Source: Candidatus Eiseniibacteriota bacterium
Lineage (GTDB): Bacteria > Eisenbacteria > RBG-16-71-46 > CAIMUX01 > VGJL01
DNA: 64,000 bases
Assembly (NCBI GenBank): GCA_963792585.1
Contig: CAWBWI010000001.1
Location: 1,056,001 to 1,120,000 of the forward strand
Direction of reading: 5' to 3'
The notes beneath the pieces were generated by a model that was not told the DNA's origin, searched no databases, and was given only the letters and a program-made list of their open reading frames with translations. Positions 31,841 through 41,525 of the stretch are shown here, piece by piece. Made by a program: the position numbers and the translations under genes. Position 1 is the first letter of the stretch. Each line of letters opens with the position of its first letter.

Positions 31841-32458
31841 ATGAGCCGCACCGCCGGACGTTGGGCCGTTCCGGCACTGTTCGCTTTCGCGCTTCTCACG
31901 TTGATCATCGCCACTCCTGCGGCGGCAACCTGTGAGACCGTCGATCCCCTCTTCATGCTCCCCTCAGACGCCGACTGCGCAGGCTGGGCGCGCGACGGCG
32001 ACCCGCGCACGGCCTACACCTACGAGGAGCTGACACAGATCATCGACGGAGGCGCGGGGCTCTACGTGGAGTATGGATTCGTTGCCGCGGCCTTCCAGAA
32101 CTACCTCGGTGACGTCGCCGGCGCGTTCGTCCCGGCAACCGTCAGCCTGTTCAATCAGGGCACCGCAGAGAACGCTCAGGCGTTGTTCGACGACCCGAAC
32201 AGCGGGATGGGCGAGCCCATCGAAGACTGGACGGGCACCGGCGAGGCGCGCATGCGCGTTGCCTTTGGAATCACCACGCTTCAGTTCCGGGAGGAGTGCT
32301 TCTTTGGCTCGATCGTCGTGATGAGTGAGGATCCGGCTGCCGTCGGCGCGGCCGACTGCCTCGCCCTGAGCATCGTCACAAATATCCAAGGGGCCGTGCC
32401 CACGCAACCGGTTTCCTGGGGCACGATCCGCTGGGCGTTCATGGGGAGGTCGCGATGA
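31841..32458 (+). CDS. DUF6599-like secreted protein with SWG-type tail
   Basis: Signal peptide; YEELTQIIDGGAGLYVEYGF; ends VPTQPVSWGTIRWAFMGRSR. Confidence 0.75.
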   Translation: MSRTAGRWAVPALFAFALLTLIIATPAAATCETVDPLFMLPSDADCAGWARDGDPRTAYTYEELTQIIDGGAGLYVEYGFVAAAFQNYLGDVAGAFVPATVSLFNQGTAENAQALFDDPNSGMGEPIEDWTGTGEARMRVAFGITTLQFREECFFGSIVVMSEDPAAVGAADCLALSIVTNIQGAVPTQPVSWGTIRWAFMGRSR

Positions 32459-33879
32459 GGGATCCGGGGCAGGGTCGCTTCCCTCGAGCAAGCCTGGGAG
32501 ATTGGATCACGCGCAGACGCTTTCTGGGTGGGACGGTCGCGGGCGTGTCGGGTCTCGTCGCGGCGTCTCTGACTCGATCCGGTCTCGCACGAGCGGACTC
32601 GCGGGCGGTCAAGATCGTTCGCACCTATCACCCCAACGCGACGACCGGCTGGACAACGGTCAACCAGGGACCGGTGGACATGATGGTTCACGCCGCCATA
32701 CGGGAACTTACCGGCATCGGCGACACCGCCATGGCCTGGAGGTCTCTCTTCCCCGGCATCACCCCCGAGAAGTTCGTCAGCATCAAGATCAACCTGGCAT
32801 GCGGAGACGTGCCCACACATCCCCAGATCGTCAATTCGATCATCGACGGACTTCTCATGATGAACCTCGACGGCGGCCCGATCCCCGAGAACCACATCAT
32901 CGTCTGGGACAACGACAACGCCTTCTTCTGCGCCCAGACCGGATACCAGGTGAACTACGGGGGTTCCGGAGTCCAGTATTTCGGAACGGACCACGCCGGC
33001 GTCGGATTCGACATGAGTCGCGTCTTCTCGATCAGCCATCCGCACAACTCGACGACCTCCCACCACCCAAGCCGCATCATCACGCAGATGTCCGACTACA
33101 TGATCAACGTCGGCGTGATCAAAGATCACAGCGAGGCCGGCGTCACCCTCACGCTGAAGAATCACTATGGCTCGTTCGACGGGGTTGCCGTCAGCCAGAT
33201 GCACGTGAGCGGCTACTACGGGGATGGGCATAGCAGAGGGGAGCCGGAGTTGAACCGGGTCCTGCGAGATTCGCTGGGCGATAAGACAAAGCTCTGGCTG
33301 ATCGACTCCACCTTCGGCCTCTACAACGGCGGGCCGGGATACACCCCCCCGTACCACACACCCCCGAACTGGAGATACAACAGCCTGCTCGCGGGTCTGG
33401 AACCTGTCGCGATCGATCGCGTCGGCACGATGAAGATCAACGAGGAGCGGATCCGCAACGGCCTGGCGGCGCTCGACCCGAGCCATATCCGCGCGGCCGC
33501 GCAGCCGCCCTACAGCCTCGGGACCGACGACCCGCTGGATATCAACCTCGTCGAGATCGACGCCTCGCTCGCGGCCGATACGTTCGAGCCGGAACAGCTC
33601 GGCCCCGCCGGGCTGCTGGCGGCATACCCCAATCCAACTCGGGGAGCCTGCACCCTGCGGGTCGAATGCCGGGAGCTCGTCGGCGTACGGATCTCAATCG
33701 TGAGTGCGGCGGGAGCGATTGTCCGCGACGTTGCGACTACGGACCTCACGCCCGGCGTCCACCGGATCCGTTGGGACGGAAGGGATCAACGCGGCCACGC
33801 TGTGGCCGCAGGCACCTATTTCTGTCGACTCACTGCCGCTGGGGCGTCGCATAGGATCCGAATCACCGTGGTCAGTTGA
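32455..33879 (+). CDS. Tat-leader DUF362 protein with FlgD-Ig C-terminal domain
   Basis: TRRRFL; IKIN, IKDH..TLTLKNHYG; AYPNP..WDGRDQRG..AGTYF. Confidence 0.85.
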   Translation: MRDPGQGRFPRASLGDWITRRRFLGGTVAGVSGLVAASLTRSGLARADSRAVKIVRTYHPNATTGWTTVNQGPVDMMVHAAIRELTGIGDTAMAWRSLFPGITPEKFVSIKINLACGDVPTHPQIVNSIIDGLLMMNLDGGPIPENHIIVWDNDNAFFCAQTGYQVNYGGSGVQYFGTDHAGVGFDMSRVFSISHPHNSTTSHHPSRIITQMSDYMINVGVIKDHSEAGVTLTLKNHYGSFDGVAVSQMHVSGYYGDGHSRGEPELNRVLRDSLGDKTKLWLIDSTFGLYNGGPGYTPPYHTPPNWRYNSLLAGLEPVAIDRVGTMKINEERIRNGLAALDPSHIRAAAQPPYSLGTDDPLDINLVEIDASLAADTFEPEQLGPAGLLAAYPNPTRGACTLRVECRELVGVRISIVSAAGAIVRDVATTDLTPGVHRIRWDGRDQRGHAVAAGTYFCRLTAAGASHRIRITVVS

Positions 33880-33918
33880 GACGCGCGCCGGAGCGCGAAT
33901 TTCAGGGAGGAACAGGCA

Positions 33919-35295
33919 ATGGACCATCCGACGAAGCCCGGGCCCAAGACGCTGAGGGCGCGTGACGAATCGTTGCATCCGGGCAGGCGCGCGTTTCTCA
34001 AGGCGTCGAGCCTCGCCGCCATCGCGGCGACCGGCGTCCCGGCCATGGAATGGCTGACTCCTCTTCCCGTCCATGCGGAGGGGATTCGTGGAAACGGCAT
34101 GCCCGGACGCATCGTGATCCTCCATGAGCCGGCCATGGGCGGTCACCTCGCCATGATCAACAAGGTCCGGGTCGCGATCACGGTCCACCAAGGGATTCGG
34201 CTCCTGACCGGACAGGCCACGACCGCCGCCGCTTACGAGTCCCTGTTCCCCGGACTGACGGCGAGCTCGAAGATCGCGATCAAGGTCAACTGCATCGGAC
34301 CAACGGACACGCGGTGGGAGACGGCTCGGGCCGTTGTCGAGGGGCTCTCGATGATGCTCGGCGGGACCTACAACGTGGCCAATGTCACGGTCTACGACAA
34401 TCAGGATATCTTCGGACATGGCTACAGCACGGCTGAGTTCACATTCAACGGCCACGCAGCCATCCTCAGCTCTTCGAACAATCCGGGAAGCTACTACGTC
34501 TACCAGTCGTACCGCTTGTCGAACTACCTACTGAACGCCAACTACGTCGTCGACATCCCCGCCATCAAGAGCCACAACGACGGCAACAACCAGATCACGG
34601 TGGCACTGAAGAACCACTACGGGTCGTGCAGTCCCTCGAGCCTCTGCGGGAACATCACCGGCATGTTGACCGTCAACGCGGATGCGAACATCAAGAACAA
34701 GACCTGCCTCGTGATCACGGACGCGATCAGGGGCACGTATACGGGTGATCCGGGCCAGCCTCCACAGCTCTGGAACACATTCACGGAGCAAACGCCCAAC
34801 AGCCTCTTCTTCGGCACCGATCCGATCACCAACGATTACTGGGCGCGCGACATGATCAACGACGAGCGGCAGACGCATGGCTGGTCCGCCAAGCCGTGTC
34901 CATGGATCGAGCAGGGCTCCGGCGCTCCCTACAGCCTGGGAGTCAGCGACCCGGCGCAGATGACCGTTCTCCGGTACGAGGCATCCGATGTCGAGGAGCC
35001 GTCGGGCGCAGTTGGAGACACGACCTTCTTCGCCCCCAACGTTCCGAATCCCTTCGGCGAGTCGACGACCATCCGATTCCGGATGGGTCGGGCCGGTTCG
35101 GCGTCGCTGCAGATCGTGGCCGCCGACGGCCGGATGATTCGGGATCTTGGCCGGCGGGATCGGCCCGCGGGTTCCGCGGAGCTCTCCTGGGACCGGCGAA
35201 ACGACCACGGGCAACGCGTTGCTGCCGGGGTCTACTTCGCGAGACTCCAGACGGCGAATCGAATGCTCACCCATCGGATGGTGGTCATCGACTGA
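33919..35295 (+). CDS. Tat-leader DUF362 protein with FlgD-Ig C-terminal domain
   Basis: GRRAFLK; IKVN, IKSH..VALKNHYG; NVPNPF..WDRRNDHG..AGVYFARL. Confidence 0.85.
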   Translation: MDHPTKPGPKTLRARDESLHPGRRAFLKASSLAAIAATGVPAMEWLTPLPVHAEGIRGNGMPGRIVILHEPAMGGHLAMINKVRVAITVHQGIRLLTGQATTAAAYESLFPGLTASSKIAIKVNCIGPTDTRWETARAVVEGLSMMLGGTYNVANVTVYDNQDIFGHGYSTAEFTFNGHAAILSSSNNPGSYYVYQSYRLSNYLLNANYVVDIPAIKSHNDGNNQITVALKNHYGSCSPSSLCGNITGMLTVNADANIKNKTCLVITDAIRGTYTGDPGQPPQLWNTFTEQTPNSLFFGTDPITNDYWARDMINDERQTHGWSAKPCPWIEQGSGAPYSLGVSDPAQMTVLRYEASDVEEPSGAVGDTTFFAPNVPNPFGESTTIRFRMGRAGSASLQIVAADGRMIRDLGRRDRPAGSAELSWDRRNDHGQRVAAGVYFARLQTANRMLTHRMVVID

Positions 35296-35322
35296 CGGGG
35301 TCCGCGGCCGATAGACAGGGAG

Positions 35323-36498
35323 TCAGCGGACGATCACGATGCGCTGTTCGCTGCGTTCGGTTCCGACACGAACCCGGCACCAGTACGATCCGTTGGCGAC
35401 GGCTTGGCCGTGGAGGTCGCGGGCATCCCAAATGAGATCCTGCACGCCCGCCAGAACAAATTGCGGCGGGCTCCGCCAGACAATCCGCCCCCCCGCGTCC
35501 AGCACCTCGCACGTCGCGCGTACGCCCGCCTCGGGCGCTGATATCGGAATCGCGATCTCCCCGCGCGACGGATTCGGCGTGACGCGGCCGATCCGGATGC
35601 CGGGCGCGGGCGCGGCGACCCCGCTCGTGGGCCCGGCCGTGACGGCCAGCAGCACCGGCGCCTGCCCAGGGACGAGGACGGCGAGTGTCCGCGCGGGCAC
35701 CGTGGTCCACCCCTCCGGCTCGGATCCCAACGCCTGCGACGCGGCGATCCAGTACGGGGAAGGCGACAGCCCCGCCGGATAGAAGCGGACGGGATCCAGC
35801 TCATCGCCCGTCGCCTGGCGGAGGACGAAGAGGGTGTCCCCCGAGGCGAGGACGAAGTTGAGACGCGTTTGCGTCAACATCGAAAGTTCGTAGACGGCAT
35901 GGCGTAGCGCATCGGCACGCGACTCCTCGGGGTGCCGGTGGCCGTACTGCAGCAGATAGAGGAAGTAAAGTTCCGAATCGATGTAGGTGCTGTCGTAGTC
36001 GGGCGGATTGTTGAGCAGGTAGTCGGGGTCGTCCGCCGTCAGCAATGCGACCATCAGCGAGTCGCTCATCCTGCCGTTGTGGGCAAAGAGGATCCCCTCG
36101 CGCTGGAACGGATGGGGATCGGGAACCCCGCAATGGCTGATTGTGCACTTGCGTACATGGGCGATGGCGACGCGGGGCCGAATCGTCTCGAGTTCATCCA
36201 CGGCAAGGCCGAAATCGAGGATCCCGGGATGATTGGCCGGCGAGCCGCCCCGCCGCACGATCGGCCGATTGAGGGCGTGGGGCTCGGTGTCGTTGTGGAC
36301 GAAGGCGATCCCCCACCCATCGCGGTGGGTGTTACTCAGTTGTCGCAGGTTCGTCGGAGTCCCTTCGCGCAGTTGATCGACGATCATGTTCACGGGATAC
36401 CCGTCGCCCACGAGGCCCCAGAAGCGACACGCATCCGCAGGGCCGCCGGCGGCGGCAACGGCGGTGAGGAGGACGCACAGGAGGCAGGCAATCCGCAT
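35323..36498 (-). CDS. Secreted class II glutamine amidotransferase (Ntn hydrolase, YafJ/EgtC-like) with FlgD-Ig domain
   Basis: Signal peptide ending ADA directly before CRFWG; DGWG, AHVRK, HPF, FAHNG, DSE; TPNP..WDARD..G..NGSY. Confidence 0.85.
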   Translation of the reverse strand: MRIACLLCVLLTAVAAAGGPADACRFWGLVGDGYPVNMIVDQLREGTPTNLRQLSNTHRDGWGIAFVHNDTEPHALNRPIVRRGGSPANHPGILDFGLAVDELETIRPRVAIAHVRKCTISHCGVPDPHPFQREGILFAHNGRMSDSLMVALLTADDPDYLLNNPPDYDSTYIDSELYFLYLLQYGHRHPEESRADALRHAVYELSMLTQTRLNFVLASGDTLFVLRQATGDELDPVRFYPAGLSPSPYWIAASQALGSEPEGWTTVPARTLAVLVPGQAPVLLAVTAGPTSGVAAPAPGIRIGRVTPNPSRGEIAIPISAPEAGVRATCEVLDAGGRIVWRSPPQFVLAGVQDLIWDARDLHGQAVANGSYWCRVRVGTERSEQRIVIVR

Positions 36499-36572
36499 TC
36501 GGGTTCCCTTTCCTCGGGACTCCTGGAGTCCATCTTCGGCCGGAAGGCGCCGATGCGGGTCCATGCCCGAAC

Positions 36573-38555
36573 CTATCGAATGACGAGAATCGGCCGCGCG
36601 AGAATTCTCGTGTGCGTCTGCGCCCGGACGAAGTATACCCCCGAGGCGAGCGGGCGCGCCCCGTCATCCCGCAGATCCCACACGACTTCCGTCACACCGA
36701 GGGGAAGGGGACTCGTGGAGAGTCTGCGGACGAGCCGGCCACCCCCGTCGAGGATCTCGATGGCGCCCCCCGATTCCATGGAGAGCCGGAGATTGATGAA
36801 CGCGGTCTCGCGGCATGGGTTCGGGTGAACGCTGAGATCGTCCGCGAAAGATCTCGCGGGGCTCTCTGCGACCTCCATGACGTCCGAGCAGCTCTGCCCG
36901 AGCGCGTCGCGAACAATGTCGACGTCCGTGTCCCCAACCAGCCCCGACCCGTCGAGGTCCGCACAGAAATCGGTCGTGCCGAGTCGCGACTCGACGTAGG
37001 CGACATCGTTGTCACGAACGGCGCAGTCGCCGTCCACATCGGGCGACTTCACCCCGGCCCACCCGATCTCCGCATAGAATCCGTACTCGCACATCGCCAC
37101 CACCGAGCCCGCTTGGGAGCACCCACCACCGCGCAAGGCAAACGACGCCTCCCCCAGTGCATTGGTGTTCCGTTCGACTCGGGGATGCTCCTGGAGCGGA
37201 TCCCAGTGGATCGCGGCATCCAGGGCGGGGCTGAAATCCAACATGAGCGGGCGATTCGCGAATGGGTTGCCGTTGCAGGTATCTTCGAATCGCAAGAGGT
37301 TCGACGGAACGCCACCCGGCGCGACGATGATCGAGGGCGGCCCGGTGACCTGGGCCGACGAGCAGCCGAGGATGCTCCCCCGGCGGGACACGAGAGCGGC
37401 CATGCCACCGGCATCCTCCACCCAGAGCTGCATGAGACCCGCCGCCGGGCTGCCCTCGATGGCGCCCATCACCGCGTGCGTCAGGCCGTTCCTTGGCAGG
37501 AGATCCTCTCCCGCAGGGATACTGCAGTAGGGCCGCATCACGGTTCGATGCTCCACGGCGCCCGGCGCGACCTCATCCGACCAGGTGATGAAGTCGATGG
37601 GGTGCGGTCCACCCCACCCGCAGTAGGAAGAGCTGAATGCAAAGGCCGCCGCGCTGGGGCGGACCGACGGGACCCCGTCATCGGCGGAGATGCGCTCGAT
37701 CACGCCGCCGTAGCAGTCGACCACCCATGTCTCCGTCGACCCGCCGGGATTGGTTCCTTCGAAAGCGATGAACGGAGCGTCATCCATGGCGTCGCCGCAG
37801 CACTCCTCGGAACGAAGCGAAGGACGCCTGCAGGCGATCGGTAGATTCGTCATCCGCTGCTCCGAATCCCACGAGGAGCCGAGGAAGCCGTTTCTCAGGT
37901 AGATCTCGGGGTCTCCGTGGCGGAAATCGGCCCATGCGACCATGACTCTCGAGACAAAGGACTGAATCGATACGGACGGCTCAAGGGCAACGCCGGTGGC
38001 CGGCGAGATCGCCTCCGCGGTCCGCCACGAGCCCGAGTGGAAGGAGCGTCCCCAGATCCGCACACCCGTCTCCGAGCTGTCGGCCCAGGCCGCATAGGCG
38101 ATATCGTAACCCGCGGCGATCACAGGACCGTGTGAGGCATCGCCGGCGCAGCTGAGGCATTCCTCTTGGTTCCAGGAGGATCCGTTGAACTGTCGCGTCC
38201 AGACTTCCGGCTGCCCGCTCCGTGAGTCCTCCCACACGACGATGAGAGATGCGTCCGTGGCGTCGAGATGCGGAGCCGTCTGCAGGCCGGGGTCCGTTGT
38301 GAGCCGAACCTGGGCATTCCATCCGCCCGCGCCGCGGGAGCGGCAGTAGATATCCCCATATTTCTCGTAGACCACCCACCACTGCCCCTGCCATGAGACC
38401 ACGGAGACGCCGGTGCTCGAGGACGGGTAGGCGACGTCCTCGTCGACCATCTCCGCCGCTTGCCAGGTGAGATCGGGGATCTCGGCGCGGGAGGAAGTAC
38501 CGGCGGCAACCAGAATCGCGAAGGCTAAGAGCGCGGGGAAGAGGATGCGACCCAT
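36573..38555 (-). CDS. Secreted propeller-like protein with dockerin-like Ca-binding pair and FlgD-Ig domain
   Basis: Signal peptide; VVWEDSR/VAWADFR repeats; DVDGD..D and DLDGSG.V...D pair; HPNP..WDLRDDG..SGVYF. Confidence 0.8.
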   Translation of the reverse strand: MGRILFPALLAFAILVAAGTSSRAEIPDLTWQAAEMVDEDVAYPSSSTGVSVVSWQGQWWVVYEKYGDIYCRSRGAGGWNAQVRLTTDPGLQTAPHLDATDASLIVVWEDSRSGQPEVWTRQFNGSSWNQEECLSCAGDASHGPVIAAGYDIAYAAWADSSETGVRIWGRSFHSGSWRTAEAISPATGVALEPSVSIQSFVSRVMVAWADFRHGDPEIYLRNGFLGSSWDSEQRMTNLPIACRRPSLRSEECCGDAMDDAPFIAFEGTNPGGSTETWVVDCYGGVIERISADDGVPSVRPSAAAFAFSSSYCGWGGPHPIDFITWSDEVAPGAVEHRTVMRPYCSIPAGEDLLPRNGLTHAVMGAIEGSPAAGLMQLWVEDAGGMAALVSRRGSILGCSSAQVTGPPSIIVAPGGVPSNLLRFEDTCNGNPFANRPLMLDFSPALDAAIHWDPLQEHPRVERNTNALGEASFALRGGGCSQAGSVVAMCEYGFYAEIGWAGVKSPDVDGDCAVRDNDVAYVESRLGTTDFCADLDGSGLVGDTDVDIVRDALGQSCSDVMEVAESPARSFADDLSVHPNPCRETAFINLRLSMESGGAIEILDGGGRLVRRLSTSPLPLGVTEVVWDLRDDGARPLASGVYFVRAQTHTRILARPILVIR

Positions 38556-38730
38556 CGGCCCCTCCTTGTTCGATTCACGGACATTCCTTTTGACGCGCAT
38601 CAAGATTAGCACTCCGCGGCGTCCCGGTGAATCGCTCAATCGACCGACCTCCGAGCGGAGGTCGAGGAAGACGCGAAGGGCCGGAAACGCGTTGGGAGTC
38701 CGAGGAGGAGGAGCGGCGGGCCGGCGAGCT

Positions 38731-38804
38731 TGTCCCCAACGGGATTCGAACCCGTGTTGCCACCTTGAAAGGGTGGAGTCCTAGGCCGACTAGACGATAG
38801 GGAC
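38731..38804 (-). tRNA. tRNA-Glu(TTC)
   Basis: GTCCCTATCGTCTAG..CCACC-CTTTCAA-GGTGG..GGTTCGAATCC..GGGGACA cloverleaf; CCA not encoded. Confidence 0.95.
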
Positions 38805-38862
38805 GTCCGAACGCGACACGTAGAGGGCGAGAGTAGCGGAGGCCCGCTCCCCGAGGCAAGCC

Positions 38863-40314
38863 TCAGGTGGTCGCGTTCGGCGGCGGTTCGGGCTCCGGCC
38901 CCGGATCACCCTCTGGAGCCTCCTCGACCGGCCCGGCGGAATAGAACCCGTGGGTCCGCCGTTGGTGGGCCTTCACGAGATCGGGTTCCCTCCCCTGGTC
39001 GGATGGCCTGTAGACGAGCGCCTGCTCGGGCGGAACGCCGTCGGGAAGGTAGGACTCCGCCACCCAATGACCGGAGGCCTCGTGCGGATACCGGTATCCG
39101 TGGCCGTAGCCGAGGTCGTCCATCAAACGGGTCGGGGCGTTGCGGATCCGCAGGGGCACGGGCAAAGGCCCGAGTTCACGCACCATCTGGGCCGCCCGGC
39201 CGTAGGAGGTGTAGATGGAGTTCGACTTGGGGCACATTGCGAGGTAGACGACCAGCTGGGCCAGGGCCAGATGCCCTTCGGGAGGGCCGACGAAGGTGTA
39301 GGCGGCGGTCGCGGCATTGGCGTGGTGCAGGGCCGAAGGGTCGGCGAGCCCCACGTCCTCGGAAGCGAAGCGAACGAGGCGGCGAACGATGTAGCGCGGA
39401 TCCTCCCCCGCTTCGATCATCCGCGCCAGCCAGTAGAGCGACGCGTGCGGATCGCTCCCGCGGAGGCTCTTGTGCAGGGCGGAGATCAGGTCGAAGTGGT
39501 CCTCCCGCCCGTGATGAACGGGGATCGGCCGTTCGCAGACCTTCGCCACCCAGGATGCGTCCGGTCTTCGAACGCCGTCGGCGGCGGGCGAGGTCGTCGC
39601 TGCGACCATCTCGAGGGTGTTGAGAAGTCGCCGGCCGTCGAGCCCCGCGTGCCGCAAGAGAACGGTCCAGGACGCATCATCAAGCGCCAGTGGTGTACGC
39701 CCGAGTCCCCGGTCCGGATCGTTCAATGCCCGCTCACCGAGCAGTCGCAGCTGCTCATCGTTCAAGGGGTGCAGGACGTAGACGCTGCAGCGCGAAAGGA
39801 GGGCGGGGATGACCTCGAAGGATGGGTTCTCCGTCGTCGCGCCGATCAGCACGATCCTCCCGGCCTCGACGTGCGGAAGGAATGCATCCTGCTGTGCGCG
39901 ATTGAAACGGTGGATCTCATCGACGAAGAGAACGGTTCGGAGTCCTTCCCGGTCCCAGCGCCTGCGAGCTCGATCGACAACCTCTCGGACGTCTCGGACG
40001 CCGGAGAGGACGGCGCTGAAGTGCTCCTCCGCATATCCGGGCAACTCCGAGAGCAGACCCGCGAGACTCGTCTTCCCGGCGCCCGGCGGACCCCAGAGGA
40101 TCAGAGAGGAGAGGCGGCCTCCCGCGTGGAGCTGGCGGAGCGGCGCACCGGGGCCCGTGAGGTGTTCTTGGCCGACGACCTCGTCCCAACTTCGGGGTCG
40201 CATTCGATCGGCCAGAGGGGGCGGTGGACCTGACGGGTTGGAGGCGGCGCGGCCCGCGCGGGCCGGCTCTCCGAAGAGCCCCTCACCGTCATCCTCGGTG
40301 GCTTTCTTCCCCAT
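38863..40314 (-). CDS. rarA: Replication-associated recombination protein A (MgsA)
   Basis: [45 protein letters not shown]. Confidence 0.95.
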   Translation of the reverse strand: MGKKATEDDGEGLFGEPARAGRAASNPSGPPPPLADRMRPRSWDEVVGQEHLTGPGAPLRQLHAGGRLSSLILWGPPGAGKTSLAGLLSELPGYAEEHFSAVLSGVRDVREVVDRARRRWDREGLRTVLFVDEIHRFNRAQQDAFLPHVEAGRIVLIGATTENPSFEVIPALLSRCSVYVLHPLNDEQLRLLGERALNDPDRGLGRTPLALDDASWTVLLRHAGLDGRRLLNTLEMVAATTSPAADGVRRPDASWVAKVCERPIPVHHGREDHFDLISALHKSLRGSDPHASLYWLARMIEAGEDPRYIVRRLVRFASEDVGLADPSALHHANAATAAYTFVGPPEGHLALAQLVVYLAMCPKSNSIYTSYGRAAQMVRELGPLPVPLRIRNAPTRLMDDLGYGHGYRYPHEASGHWVAESYLPDGVPPEQALVYRPSDQGREPDLVKAHQRRTHGFYSAGPVEEAPEGDPGPEPEPPPNATT

Positions 40315-41284
40315 ATCCGTTCGGATGCCCTTCCATCCAGCGCCAGGCTGTCTCGATGATTGTCTCGAGCGCGGCGTGGCGCGGATTCCAGCCGAGAATC
40401 GCGCGGGCCCGATCGTGTGAGGCCACCAGGCGCGGCGGGTCCCCGGGCCTGCGCGGCGCCGCCTCCCATGGAGTCTTCATCCCGGTGACCCGATCGACGG
40501 TCTTGATCACCTCGAGGACCGAGAATCCGGAAGCGCTGCCGAGGTTCAACACGAACCTCTCCTCTTCGGAGAGTCTCTCCAGCGCGAGGATGTGGGCGTC
40601 CGCAAGGTCGAGGACGTGAACGTAGTCGCGGATGCATGTTCCATCGGGAGTGGGGTAATCGGTCCCGAAGACCCTCAGGAGTCGCCCATCCCCACGAGCG
40701 GCGGAGAGGGCGAGCGGAATCAGGTGCGTCTCGGGGGTGTGGTCCTCGCCCCGCTCCAGGCTCGCCCCTGCGGCGTTGAAATAGCGCAGGGAAGCATAGC
40801 GAACTCCATGGACGCGTCGATACCACTCGAGGATCTGCTCGCCCATGCGCTTGCTCTCGCCGTAGGGGTTCGTCGGCACGGTCGGGGCGTCCTCGGGAAT
40901 CGGCACCGTTTCCGGATCCCCATAGGTCGCCGCGGAGGAGGAGAGGAGGAGCCGCCGACAGCCGCTCCGGACGCAAGTGTCGAGCAGCGTGATGATTCCG
41001 CCGACGTTGTTCCTGAAATAGAGCCCTGGATCCTGCATCGACTCACCGACCTGGCTCGATGCGGCGAAGTGGAGGACCCCCTCCGGCCGCTCCCGGGCAA
41101 AGATCTCATCGAGCCGCGGCGAATCGAGGATCGAGGCAACGTGTAGATTCGCGCCTGCGGGCACAGCGGCCCGATGCCCCCTGCTCAAGTCATCGATAAC
41201 GGCGACTTGGTGTCCCCGGCCGACCAGGAGTTCGCAGGTAATGCTGCCAATGTACCCGGCTCCGCCGGTGACGAGAATTCGCAT
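40289..41284 (-). CDS. galE: UDP-glucose 4-epimerase
   Basis: [35 protein letters not shown]. Confidence 0.93.
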   Translation of the reverse strand: MRILVTGGAGYIGSITCELLVGRGHQVAVIDDLSRGHRAAVPAGANLHVASILDSPRLDEIFARERPEGVLHFAASSQVGESMQDPGLYFRNNVGGIITLLDTCVRSGCRRLLLSSSAATYGDPETVPIPEDAPTVPTNPYGESKRMGEQILEWYRRVHGVRYASLRYFNAAGASLERGEDHTPETHLIPLALSAARGDGRLLRVFGTDYPTPDGTCIRDYVHVLDLADAHILALERLSEEERFVLNLGSASGFSVLEVIKTVDRVTGMKTPWEAAPRRPGDPPRLVASHDRARAILGWNPRHAALETIIETAWRWMEGHPNGYGEESHRG

Positions 41285-41353
41285 CCCCGACACGCTACCA
41301 GACGGATCGTTCCGTGCAAAGCGGTGACGGGATTCCAGCATAGTTTAGAGGGA

Positions 41354-41382
41354 TTGACACTACCCGGGACCTTTGCTAGCTT
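41354..41382 (+). promoter_or_regulatory. sigma70-type promoter with no ORF downstream
   Basis: TTGACA-N17-TAGCTT. Confidence 0.7.
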
Positions 41383-41389
41383 GGCCGGC

Positions 41390-41525
41390 AGCGAAGAGAC
41401 GTGTTCCCTGCCCCTACGATCGTCTCCGGCGCCTAGTACCTAGATTTGAAGAAGCAGGCTATCTTTCTTCAGAGGTCAGGCGGGCCGTAGATCCGTACGC
41501 GGCGGGGAACACTTTTTGGTCTCTT
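41390..41525 (+). ncRNA. Candidate rod-shaped ncRNA
   Basis: Long nested hairpin starting just after the promoter; G-U pairs form only on the plus strand. Confidence 0.55.

Noticed and set aside
38731..38804. tRNA-Glu as attachment site of an integrated island
   Set aside because: I found no duplicated tRNA 3' end and no integrase in the window.
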